Of a stretch of 62,833 nucleotides of DNA, positions 1 through 8,167 are shown piece by piece. A program made the translations under genes and the position numbers. Below the pieces are notes generated by a model that saw nothing but the letters and a program-made list of their open reading frames with translations, made no database searches and was not told the origin of the DNA. The stretch's first letter is position 1; the number at the start of each line of letters is the position of its first letter. The stretch lies in contig JACZYD010000003.1 of NCBI GenBank assembly GCA_022571255.1, positions 1 through 62,833 on the forward strand. Direction: 5' to 3'. This stretch comes from Bacteroidota bacterium. Lineage in GTDB: Bacteria; Bacteroidota; Rhodothermia; Rhodothermales; UBA10348.

Positions 1-128
1 ACCCACTCGATTTCCAGCAATATTGTGTGGATACGGATTGGTTGCTTGGGTTGATGTACGGGGATGTGTGGCGGTCTTGAAAGGCCGATTGGCGACGGCT
101 GATTATATGAGCCAGCAACGTTTGTGCT

Positions 129-2186
129 TTGCAAACGTGGACGCGCGACGGGCTGATTCACGAGTCGCCGACGCGGGACGAAGTCAACCGGCTGATCAAA
201 GAGGGGATGGTGCCGGAGTGGTTTGTCAACAAGACGTGGCTGATCAAGGAGTACGGAAAACGGGAAGCGGGGGAGAAGGTCGCGGGAAAAGACGGTACGA
301 CTGATGACAAGCCGACAGCCGCAGCCGGTTCCGCGATCACCGCGCTGAAACAGCAGTACGAAGAACGGATCGGCGATTTGAAGCAGGAACTACAGAATGT
401 GCGTGAAGACAACCGGTTACTCCTCGAATATGCCCAAAAGGACAAGCAGCTGTTCGATGCAGAGGCTGGAATATTTCTTGCAGATCGATTTGTAGTCGGG
501 ACGTGTCCGAACTGTGAGCATGAGGATGCATACGGGGATCAGTGCGAGCGATGTGGCGCCGCGCTGAGTCCGCTGGAATTGATCAATCCACGAAGTACAA
601 TTACCGACTCAACGCCCGAGCTCAAAGCCACGACCCACTGGTACCTTCCTCTCGGGGACTTTCAGGAGCGCCTGGAATCATGGATTGCGTCGCGCGAGGG
701 CTGGAAACCCAGTGTACTTGGCCAGGTCAAAAGTTGGCTCGAAGTAGGATTGCGTGACCGTGCGATTACACGGGATGTGCCCTGGGGAGTGCCGGTGCCG
801 GACTCCGTAGCCGAATCAGCGGGAGTTGACGCTGAAGGGAAGGTGATTTATGTATGGTTCGATGCGCCGATCGGATACATTTCAGCGAGTAGAGAATGGG
901 CAGAAAGCATAGGGATAAAGGACGCGTGGAAAAAGTACTGGCAGCAGGAAGACACGCGTCTCGTTCATTTTATCGGGAAGGATAACATTGTATTCCACTG
1001 CCTGATGTTTCCGGCAATGTTAATGGCTCACGGCGACTATGTGCTGCCGGAAAATGTCCCGGCCAACGAATTCCTGAATCTCGAAGGCCGGAAACTCTCA
1101 ACCAGCCGTGGCTGGGCTGTCTGGCTTCACGAATACCTGGAAAGTTTTCCGCCGGACCTGCTTCGATACGCTCTTGCTGCCAATCTGCCGGAGTCCAAAG
1201 ACTCAGATTTCAGCTGGCGAGATTTCCAGAATCGTGTAAACAGCGAATTGGCAGATGTCTTGGGTAATTTCATCAACCGGACAATGACGTTTTCAGCGCG
1301 GTTTTTTGACGGTACAGTTCCCGAACTCAAAGATCCTTCCGCTGAAGATCTCAAAGTCCTGGATTCTCTGGGGTCTTTCCCGGACCGGATTGGAGAAGCG
1401 TATAACGGGTATCAAAACAGAGAAGCCGTCTTTCAGACGATCGCTCTTGCGAGAATGGGTAACAAGTATTTTAATGATACAGAGCCCTGGCACACGCGCA
1501 ATTCTGACCTTGGAAAGTGCGGGAACACAATTTACGTTTGTCTGCAACTCAGTGCTTCGCTCTCCATTCTTATGGATCCTGTTTTGCCTCACGCAGCAGA
1601 ATCACTGCGGCGGATGTTGCGGCTCGATGGAGTCCGGTCGAGCCGTCCGGCATCGGTCGAGGCAGTCGGCGAAGCAGTGGATTCAGAGCTGGGTTGGGAT
1701 GATGCGGCTGTTGCGTTGTTGAAGGCGGGCCACAAACTGGGAGAGCCTGAAATTTTATTTGGGAAAATAGAGGACCGACAGGTTGAAGAGCAGATGCAGA
1801 AATTAGCGCAGGCGGCACAAGAAGTTGAAGGGCAAGGGAGTGAGGATTCATACGAGCCCATAGCTGGCGAAATCGTGTACGACGATTTCGCAAGGCTGGA
1901 TTTGAGGATCGGGAAGGTGCTTGTTGCAGAAGCGGTGCCAAAATCCAAAAAATTACTGCGCCTGGAAATCGATCTGGGTTTTGAAACCCGTCAGATTCTC
2001 GCTGGAGCTGCGCAACAATTCACGCCCGAAGAAATAACGGGGCGTAAAGTGGTCATCGTGGCCAATCTGGCACCGCGAAAAATGATGGGCCTGGAGAGTC
2101 AGGGAATGGTCCTTATGGCAGAAGACCGCGACGGTAAATTGTCTCCGCTTTCATCACAGGGTGAAATCGGCAGTATTGTCCGGTAA
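129..2186 (+). CDS. metG: methionine--tRNA ligase, 5'-truncated/chimeric (MetRS homology begins near nt 447; the HIGH-motif Rossmann half is absent)
   Basis: From ORF residue ~107 the protein is colinear with MetRS: FLADRFVVGTCPNCEHEDAYGDQCERCG zinc knuckle, WFDAPIGYIS, HFIGKDNIVFH, KMSKS-type loop RKLSTSRG, anticodon-binding region, and a C-terminal Trbp111/EMAP tRNA-binding domain (DFARLDLRIGKV...ANLAPRKMMG). Residues 1-106 are unrelated. The first start in the ORF is TTG, with in-frame stops at 78-80 and 108-110. Confidence 0.85.
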   Translation: MQTWTRDGLIHESPTRDEVNRLIKEGMVPEWFVNKTWLIKEYGKREAGEKVAGKDGTTDDKPTAAAGSAITALKQQYEERIGDLKQELQNVREDNRLLLEYAQKDKQLFDAEAGIFLADRFVVGTCPNCEHEDAYGDQCERCGAALSPLELINPRSTITDSTPELKATTHWYLPLGDFQERLESWIASREGWKPSVLGQVKSWLEVGLRDRAITRDVPWGVPVPDSVAESAGVDAEGKVIYVWFDAPIGYISASREWAESIGIKDAWKKYWQQEDTRLVHFIGKDNIVFHCLMFPAMLMAHGDYVLPENVPANEFLNLEGRKLSTSRGWAVWLHEYLESFPPDLLRYALAANLPESKDSDFSWRDFQNRVNSELADVLGNFINRTMTFSARFFDGTVPELKDPSAEDLKVLDSLGSFPDRIGEAYNGYQNREAVFQTIALARMGNKYFNDTEPWHTRNSDLGKCGNTIYVCLQLSASLSILMDPVLPHAAESLRRMLRLDGVRSSRPASVEAVGEAVDSELGWDDAAVALLKAGHKLGEPEILFGKIEDRQVEEQMQKLAQAAQEVEGQGSEDSYEPIAGEIVYDDFARLDLRIGKVLVAEAVPKSKKLLRLEIDLGFETRQILAGAAQQFTPEEITGRKVVIVANLAPRKMMGLESQGMVLMAEDRDGKLSPLSSQGEIGSIVR

Positions 2187-2210
2187 AGTCCTGTTCAAGG
2201 TCAGCCGACC

Positions 2211-3629
2211 TCAGATATTGATTGATTTCCCGAAAGCGGCCCTGGTTGCTTCCATCACCGCTTCCGATAATGTCGGGTGCGGGTGAATCGCTTCCATGAT
2301 TTCGTGGGCGGTTGTTTCGAGTGTTCTCGCAGTAACGACTTCAGCGATCAACTCCGTAGCGTCATACCCGATTATATGGCAACCCAACAACTCACCATAT
2401 TTCTCATCGTAAATCACTTTTACGAAGCCTTCCGTATGACCTGCCGCTGAAGCTTTACCAGATGCGGAGAACGGGAATTTGCCAACCTTGATGGAATACC
2501 CCGCTTCTTCAGCCGCTTCTTCTGTATATCCGACGCTGCCTATCTGTGGTTGGCAGTAGGTACATCCCGGAATATTTGAGCGATCCATCGGGTGAACGTC
2601 CCGGCCGGCGATCTTTTCGATACACAGGATACCTTCGTGACTTGCTTTGTGTGCCAGCCAGGGCGGACCTGCCACATCTCCGATCGCATAAATTCCAGAA
2701 GTACTGGTTTGATTGAATTCATCCACGACGATAGCACCCTTTTCAGTCTTTACACCTGCCTTCTCAAGCCCAATTCCTTCGATGTTTCCCGCTACGCCAA
2801 CGGCCGAGAGCACCTGGTCGGTTTCGATGATTTCTTCTCCCTTGGCCGTCTTCAGGTGCACTTTTATGGTTTTACCCGCAGTATCCACTTTTTGGACAGA
2901 AGTTCTGGTCATTATTTTGATTCCCATCTTCTTGAACCATCGGGCCAGTTCTTTTGAGACATCTTTGTCTTCCACGGGCACGAGCCGATCCAACAATTCA
3001 ACAAGAACGACTTCTGTGCCCATATTGTGGTAGAAATAAGCAAACTCAACACCGATAGCACCTGCTCCGCAGATCACCAGCCGATCAGGCCGCCGGGTCT
3101 GAATCAGTGCCTCCGTCGAAGAAATTATTTTCTTTCCGTCGATCTTCATGAATGGAAGCTCCCGCGGGCGGGCGCCTGTCGCAACGATTATGTGTTTCGC
3201 AGTAACCGAAAGAGCTTTTCCGATTTTGTTGCCATCCATATCCACCGATGGCTTGATGTCAATTTTTCCACCACCTGCGAGCGTTGCAGACCCGAGGATC
3301 ACGTCAATTTTGTTTTTGCCCATCAGGTATTTGACTCCCTTATTCATCTTGTCTGCAACGCCACGACTGCGCGCGATGATTTTGGGGAAGTTCGGTTGGA
3401 TACTTCCGTCTACGTCAAGACCATAATCAGCGAAATGGCTTGAGTATTCCACCATTTCCGCGCTTTTCAGTAATGCCTTGGTTGGGATGCAACCTATGTT
3501 CAAGCACACGCCTCCGAGTTTATCTTTCTCGATGACTGCTGTTTTGAGTCCCAGTTGCGTTGACCGAATGGCCGTTTCATATCCTCCTGGGCCGGTTCCG
3601 ATGACTACGACGTCGTATGATGCGGGCAT
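2211..3629 (-). CDS. lpdA: dihydrolipoyl dehydrogenase (E3 component)
   Basis: ATG at 3629 gives MPASYDVVVIGTGPGGY (FAD GxGxxG). Also has the redox disulfide GGVCLNIGCIPTK, NAD site VICGAGAIGVEFA and C-terminal HPHPTLSE. The longer ORF reaching 3695 adds a non-homologous leader. Confidence 0.93.
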   Translation of the reverse strand: MPASYDVVVIGTGPGGYETAIRSTQLGLKTAVIEKDKLGGVCLNIGCIPTKALLKSAEMVEYSSHFADYGLDVDGSIQPNFPKIIARSRGVADKMNKGVKYLMGKNKIDVILGSATLAGGGKIDIKPSVDMDGNKIGKALSVTAKHIIVATGARPRELPFMKIDGKKIISSTEALIQTRRPDRLVICGAGAIGVEFAYFYHNMGTEVVLVELLDRLVPVEDKDVSKELARWFKKMGIKIMTRTSVQKVDTAGKTIKVHLKTAKGEEIIETDQVLSAVGVAGNIEGIGLEKAGVKTEKGAIVVDEFNQTSTSGIYAIGDVAGPPWLAHKASHEGILCIEKIAGRDVHPMDRSNIPGCTYCQPQIGSVGYTEEAAEEAGYSIKVGKFPFSASGKASAAGHTEGFVKVIYDEKYGELLGCHIIGYDATELIAEVVTARTLETTAHEIMEAIHPHPTLSEAVMEATRAAFGKSINI

Positions 3630-3704
3630 AGTATTAGATAATCTCTGTATGGATGCTGCTGGCCAAAAATAGTGGCTCCTGCCCGGGCGTGCCATGCAGT
3701 GTCA

Positions 3705-3741
3705 ATGAAAAGCGACGACGATGAAAAGCGACGACGATGAA
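3705..3741. repeat. tandem repeat, 16 nt x ~2.3 (atgaaaagcgacgacg)
   Basis: Two perfect copies at 3705-3720 and 3721-3736, then a partial third. Lies in the intergenic gap between the rpiB-like stop and the lpdA start. Confidence 0.8.
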
Positions 3742-3779
3742 TACGGGAGCGCAGGTCCAGAAAAACTTACAGGCAGGAT

Positions 3780-4418
3780 TCAGCGCCCGAATTTGATCTC
3801 AATATCTCGAATTTTGGCAATGCGTAACTCGTGCCGTCCACCTTCATAGGCCGTTTCCAGAAATGTTGTCACAATCCTTTTGCAGACTTCAACGCCCAGT
3901 GAACGACTCCCAAGGGTGAGAATATTGGCATTATTGTGCGCACGAGCGCTCCAGGCTGTGAATTCATTGTAGGCGCACGCGGCGTGGATCCCAGGCACTT
4001 TATTGCATACTATCGAGGAGGCAATGCCCGTGCCGTCGATCATGATGCCGGTACCGGCCCGACCATCCGAAACCATTCTCGCCACAGCGTACGCAAAGTC
4101 GGGGTAATCGCAGGCTTTTGCCGAATCTGTTCCTACATCCACAACCGTCCAGTCTTTGCCCGATAGAAACGTAACAATGACTTTTTTAACATCGAATCCG
4201 CCGTGGTCGCTTCCAATACAAACGATGCGCGACGATGAGGGCAGCGGTGCGGTGTGTCCCAGTTCTACTGGACCGGTCTCTAAAGAAATCCCATGTTGCC
4301 TGGCGGCGTCACGGGCGAGCGGCGTAATAATGGAGCCTTCAGGGAACGATAGAGTTTTCCGGCCCGCCCGGACGGCGTCCATGATACGCGTTTCATTTAT
4401 GAGCACCCGACCAGACAT
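3780..4418 (-). CDS. rpiB: RpiB/LacA/LacB-family sugar-phosphate isomerase with ~65-aa N-terminal extension
   Basis: C-terminal ~145 aa carry IGSDHGGF, CDYPDFA, GIMIDGTGIASSIVCNKVPGIHAA and ARAHNNANILTLGSR. The N-terminal 65 aa (ITPLARDAARQHGISL) is an extra domain. Confidence 0.8.
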   Translation of the reverse strand: MSGRVLINETRIMDAVRAGRKTLSFPEGSIITPLARDAARQHGISLETGPVELGHTAPLPSSSRIVCIGSDHGGFDVKKVIVTFLSGKDWTVVDVGTDSAKACDYPDFAYAVARMVSDGRAGTGIMIDGTGIASSIVCNKVPGIHAACAYNEFTAWSARAHNNANILTLGSRSLGVEVCKRIVTTFLETAYEGGRHELRIAKIRDIEIKFGR

Positions 4419-4540
4419 TTTTTGAAGCTACAACCGGTATTCAGGCGATGCAAGAAGATTTGAACCGATATAATCCGATACGGGCAACGAGGCCGGCAAG
4501 TCAGGGCCTGCTGTCTGCGGCAGGACGCCATAGACATGCC

Positions 4541-5725
4541 CTAATTTGACAACCAATCCTGAGGGTCAATGGGCTCACCGTTGTGAAAAATGCCAAAAAA
4601 GGCGGTTCTTCCACGAGGTTCTGCATCAGTTCCAGAACGCCCGAGAATCTGACCGGAGCGTATCGTGTCTCCTTTTCCTACATAGAGCAATGAAAAATTA
4701 CCGTAGACCGACAGGTAATCACCATGCTCTACGAAAACCACTCTGCCGAGTCCGGGCATTACATCGATCAACCTGACATGCCCTTCGAATACCGCCGCTA
4801 TTTCTGACGAAGCTCCAGTTTCAATGATAATTCCAACGTTATCGGTCGTGGTACCCAGATCAGGATTCACAACCCGTCCGAACGGTTCTTTTATTCCGCC
4901 AAAAACCGGCCACGGCAGAGCGCCTTTACTCGCCTCAAACCGAGTGGTACGCAGAATACTTTCGGCCAGTTTTGCCCGGCTCGGATCGGCACTGACATTA
5001 ACAAGAGCCACTAGATTGTTCATCTCCGAGAGCTTGTCATCGAGTGAGGTCGAGAGTAACTGTTTTTGTGCCTCCAACCTTCTGATCTCGGATTGGTGCG
5101 ATTTCTTCAAAATCGTTAATCCCTCAGTGGCACGTTCGGCGTCCTGGAGTATCACCTCATTTTGAAACAGAGTCCTCTGCAGGGTCTCTCGCTTTACCTT
5201 CAACGCTTCTGAAGCATCCTGAATATCAAGCAACTGTCCTTTTCGCTGAGTACTGAAACGGTGCAAGTATTGGATCCGGATCAACATCTGATTGATCGAC
5301 CCGGCTGAAAGGATCAGCGCTATGTCGTGAAGTCTACCAAATTTATAGGCATATATAGCTCGTGACCGGTACTCAGACTTAAGCCTGGAAAGCCGGTCGG
5401 CCATTTCATCGATGGAGCGGAATAGTGAATCCCGTTCAAGCGTCAGGTTATCAAGTCGATTTCTGAATGTGGAAACACGTGCCCGGCTTGATTTTATCTG
5501 ATTACTCAGATCGTTGACGCTCCGTTTCGTCTTTACCTCTTCTCGTTCTGTTGCCAGAAGGCGAGCCTGATCAGCCTGAATCTCTGATTTAAGATCGTAG
5601 AGGTCAGCATTCGCGTTTGATGAAGTTTGTGCGTTGACGTCGCGGATTCCAATGAAAACAATCGCGGACAGTAGAAGCGCGCCGACAATCCGTGACAGCA
5701 GCGCAGGGTGACTGTATGGAGTCAT
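4541..5725 (-). CDS. M23/LytM-family peptidase with N-terminal coiled coil (EnvC-like murein hydrolase activator)
   Basis: Signal/TM segment, long heptad-rich region, then a LytM domain: GHVRLIDVMPGLGRVVFVEHGDYLSVYGNFS...GQILGRSG. Confidence 0.85.
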   Translation of the reverse strand: MTPYSHPALLSRIVGALLLSAIVFIGIRDVNAQTSSNANADLYDLKSEIQADQARLLATEREEVKTKRSVNDLSNQIKSSRARVSTFRNRLDNLTLERDSLFRSIDEMADRLSRLKSEYRSRAIYAYKFGRLHDIALILSAGSINQMLIRIQYLHRFSTQRKGQLLDIQDASEALKVKRETLQRTLFQNEVILQDAERATEGLTILKKSHQSEIRRLEAQKQLLSTSLDDKLSEMNNLVALVNVSADPSRAKLAESILRTTRFEASKGALPWPVFGGIKEPFGRVVNPDLGTTTDNVGIIIETGASSEIAAVFEGHVRLIDVMPGLGRVVFVEHGDYLSVYGNFSLLYVGKGDTIRSGQILGRSGTDAEPRGRTAFFGIFHNGEPIDPQDWLSN

Positions 5726-6723
5726 TGTACATGAATGCGCCGCGTGTCTTCTTTTAAACCGAGGTCAAAGGAAAGCGATTCTGGTTCAGTATCCATCCTT
5801 CGCAGGACCATACTCAACCTTGTATCCTCAGGAGGTTTGGAGAGCTGAAGGCGTCGCGGGAGCACGTGCTGGTTAAATTGACGAAAATCTGTATACCAGC
5901 GTTGCTCAAGAATCATGCCTTCGGCGTCTCGAGTTTCGATAATCACGACCCTCCAGATGCCTGGATCGACGACATAGAGAAGCGTTCCGTCGGGTGAAAT
6001 CAGGCGATAGCGCAGTGCATCTGACTCAAGAATCCAGGCGATATCCCGACTCGGTTGTATGTAGTTAAGAGCCGCACCCACGAGGTCTGTACCCAGAACA
6101 GCGCCCGGGAGCAGCCGTGCAATCGATTCGGTTTCCCCGACGACCTCCTCATTACGCACGCGGTCATAGATGAACGTGCTGTCTCCGACGACGAGAACAC
6201 GGGCGACTTCGATCCCCAATTTGACACGAACACGAATCAGCATGGAGTCTGCTTCCCGATAGCTGATTCTGGTGGAGAAATTACCACTTTCCTCTGGTGA
6301 GGATACAGAAACGGACGTTTCTGCGTAGAGTGTAGCGAAGTCCGAGGGGCGTTTCGGGAGATGATCCAGGACCTCTTCTACCGAGTGATTCGGGAAACCG
6401 TCGGGAGTCCGAATTTCAATTGGACCCGGTGGCGCCGTTGAACGACAGGCCCCTGTCAGCAACAGGAGGAACAGGAGTAGAGGTACAGGATGAGCTGCGG
6501 AAAGGGGTCGCCATTCAATTCTTGACGGTAGATCAGAAAGGCGGCGAAATGTGTCCGGTATCGGACCACGGAAATCGATGTTCTTCCACCTGAAAATTCG
6601 TGAAAAAAAAGACTCAAGAAAAAATAAGAGACAGAATTCGATCCGGAAAAATATTTCCGGAGGCACGCGAAACAGGAATATTTTTCCGGTCTGATTTTCT
6701 TGTCTGCAGGGCGTTTCAGGCAT
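5722..6723 (-). CDS. probable lipoprotein, DUF4292/LolB-like fold; start codon uncertain
   Basis: Lipobox LLLLTGAC sits ~90 residues into the maximal ORF, so the true start is probably near 6500 (no canonical start there). Sits between a TPR gene and an M23 gene, an arrangement I recall as typical of Bacteroidetes-group genomes. Confidence 0.55.
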   Translation of the reverse strand: MPETPCRQENQTGKIFLFRVPPEIFFRIEFCLLFFLESFFSRIFRWKNIDFRGPIPDTFRRLSDLPSRIEWRPLSAAHPVPLLLFLLLLTGACRSTAPPGPIEIRTPDGFPNHSVEEVLDHLPKRPSDFATLYAETSVSVSSPEESGNFSTRISYREADSMLIRVRVKLGIEVARVLVVGDSTFIYDRVRNEEVVGETESIARLLPGAVLGTDLVGAALNYIQPSRDIAWILESDALRYRLISPDGTLLYVVDPGIWRVVIIETRDAEGMILEQRWYTDFRQFNQHVLPRRLQLSKPPEDTRLSMVLRRMDTEPESLSFDLGLKEDTRRIHVQ

Positions 6724-7963
6724 CGTCTAACTCCCGCTTCATTCGCTGCACGTGCTCTTGGTATCGAGGATCGGCTGGGCGTTGTAAGATCTGTTCCGCC
6801 AGACTCCTCGCCTCGGCAATTCGTCCTGCTGCGCGAAGCGCGAATACGTGGGCCACTTCAGTCGGGACGTAGCCGGGGAAAAGGAGTCGGGCCTGGTCCG
6901 AGAGTTCAATCGCCCGGTTGGCCTCGTCGGCTCTTGCGTACGCCTCAATGCCTTTAGACCATGCCTCCAGATTTTTTGCGTCCAAGAGGATGATTTGCTC
7001 GTAGCGGTTTGCCGCCTTCAGGTCTTCGCCCCGATCGAGCAGGAGGTCGGCAAGCTGCATTATCAGCTCTGTTCGACCGGGATGGGCGGCCACCTGTTTT
7101 TCAAGATCTGATACGGTGCTCAGCGCCATCGACTGAGGCGTAGAATCCATGCTGTTGATCTCGTCCACAGCAGCAGTTTTTCCCAGGTGTGAAAGAACCC
7201 CGGACAGAGCCTGACGACCCTCGACATGATCCGGGTCTACCTCCAGGAGTCTAATCAATGCCGCTTCCGCACCGGTCCAGTCCTCTAACCGGATCCGCGC
7301 GATCGCAAGCCGATAGTAGAGGTCAGTATCGCCGGGTTGCAGCTCAGAAAGCTCAAACAATGATTGAGCCAGTTCGTCGGTACGTCCAATTTTTTCCAGG
7401 ACCAGAACCCGGGCGGATAACAATTCGGGGATTCGACCGTCGGCGCGAAGACCCGTATCCAAGACGCGGAGTGCATCGATATAACGCTCGGTCTGGAAAT
7501 AAAGATGGTTGAGTTTGATTCTGGACGGCCAGGATGGAGCTTGATTCTCAATCAGGTAGATAAGAGCAATCGTCGACTCGGATACATCGTTCAGTTCGAG
7601 ATTGAGCATTGCCCATTCCTCCCACAGATGTATGTTTTCAGAGTCCAGATCCAGAGCTCTCCTGAGAAAAAACCTCGCTGCTTCAGGGTCACCCAATGCA
7701 CCTTTGGCACGACTTATTGACGCGAGAAGAGTGGGATTGTCGGGCTGCAACTTCAGTCCTTCTTCGAATACGGCAACTGCGCCCGGGTAGTCTTCGACGT
7801 AAAGCCGTGTCAATCCTCGAAGCAGAATGCGTTCGATGGCTTGGTCCGATTCCTCCGTCTGGACCTGGCGGGCCAGGCTTTCTTTCGCAATGCCCCACGA
7901 CCCTGTGCTCACCAGAAGTACCACGGAGAGCAGGAAAAATATTCGGCGAGTTCCGCTCAGCAC
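6716..7963 (-). CDS. secreted tetratricopeptide-repeat protein
   Basis: N-terminal signal peptide (IFFLLSVVLLVSTGSWG) followed by repeated 34-residue TPR-like helices (A/Y/L/P pattern) along the whole length. Confidence 0.8.
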   Translation of the reverse strand: MLSGTRRIFFLLSVVLLVSTGSWGIAKESLARQVQTEESDQAIERILLRGLTRLYVEDYPGAVAVFEEGLKLQPDNPTLLASISRAKGALGDPEAARFFLRRALDLDSENIHLWEEWAMLNLELNDVSESTIALIYLIENQAPSWPSRIKLNHLYFQTERYIDALRVLDTGLRADGRIPELLSARVLVLEKIGRTDELAQSLFELSELQPGDTDLYYRLAIARIRLEDWTGAEAALIRLLEVDPDHVEGRQALSGVLSHLGKTAAVDEINSMDSTPQSMALSTVSDLEKQVAAHPGRTELIMQLADLLLDRGEDLKAANRYEQIILLDAKNLEAWSKGIEAYARADEANRAIELSDQARLLFPGYVPTEVAHVFALRAAGRIAEARSLAEQILQRPADPRYQEHVQRMKRELDDA

Positions 7964-8167
7964 CAGGCAAGTCCGGACGTTCTGGATAATAGATACCGGC
8001 CATAGGACCGGGTCAATAATGAGTTCATTTCATCAAAACGACCTCTTCCGATTCATGTTTCGAAATCGGAATGGATGTATCCGTGTGTATTGGATTTTCA
8101 AAGGTCCATTATTACCCTTCCGGTACCCGTTCCTGATTCATCATCACCAGACCCGGCAGGACCGTAG

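Noticed and set aside
23-304. 93-aa ORF at the window start and other short overlapping ORFs in 1-450.
   Set aside because: Gly/Arg-rich with no motifs. It is out of frame with the protein-like HTH/coiled-coil reading that continues into metG.
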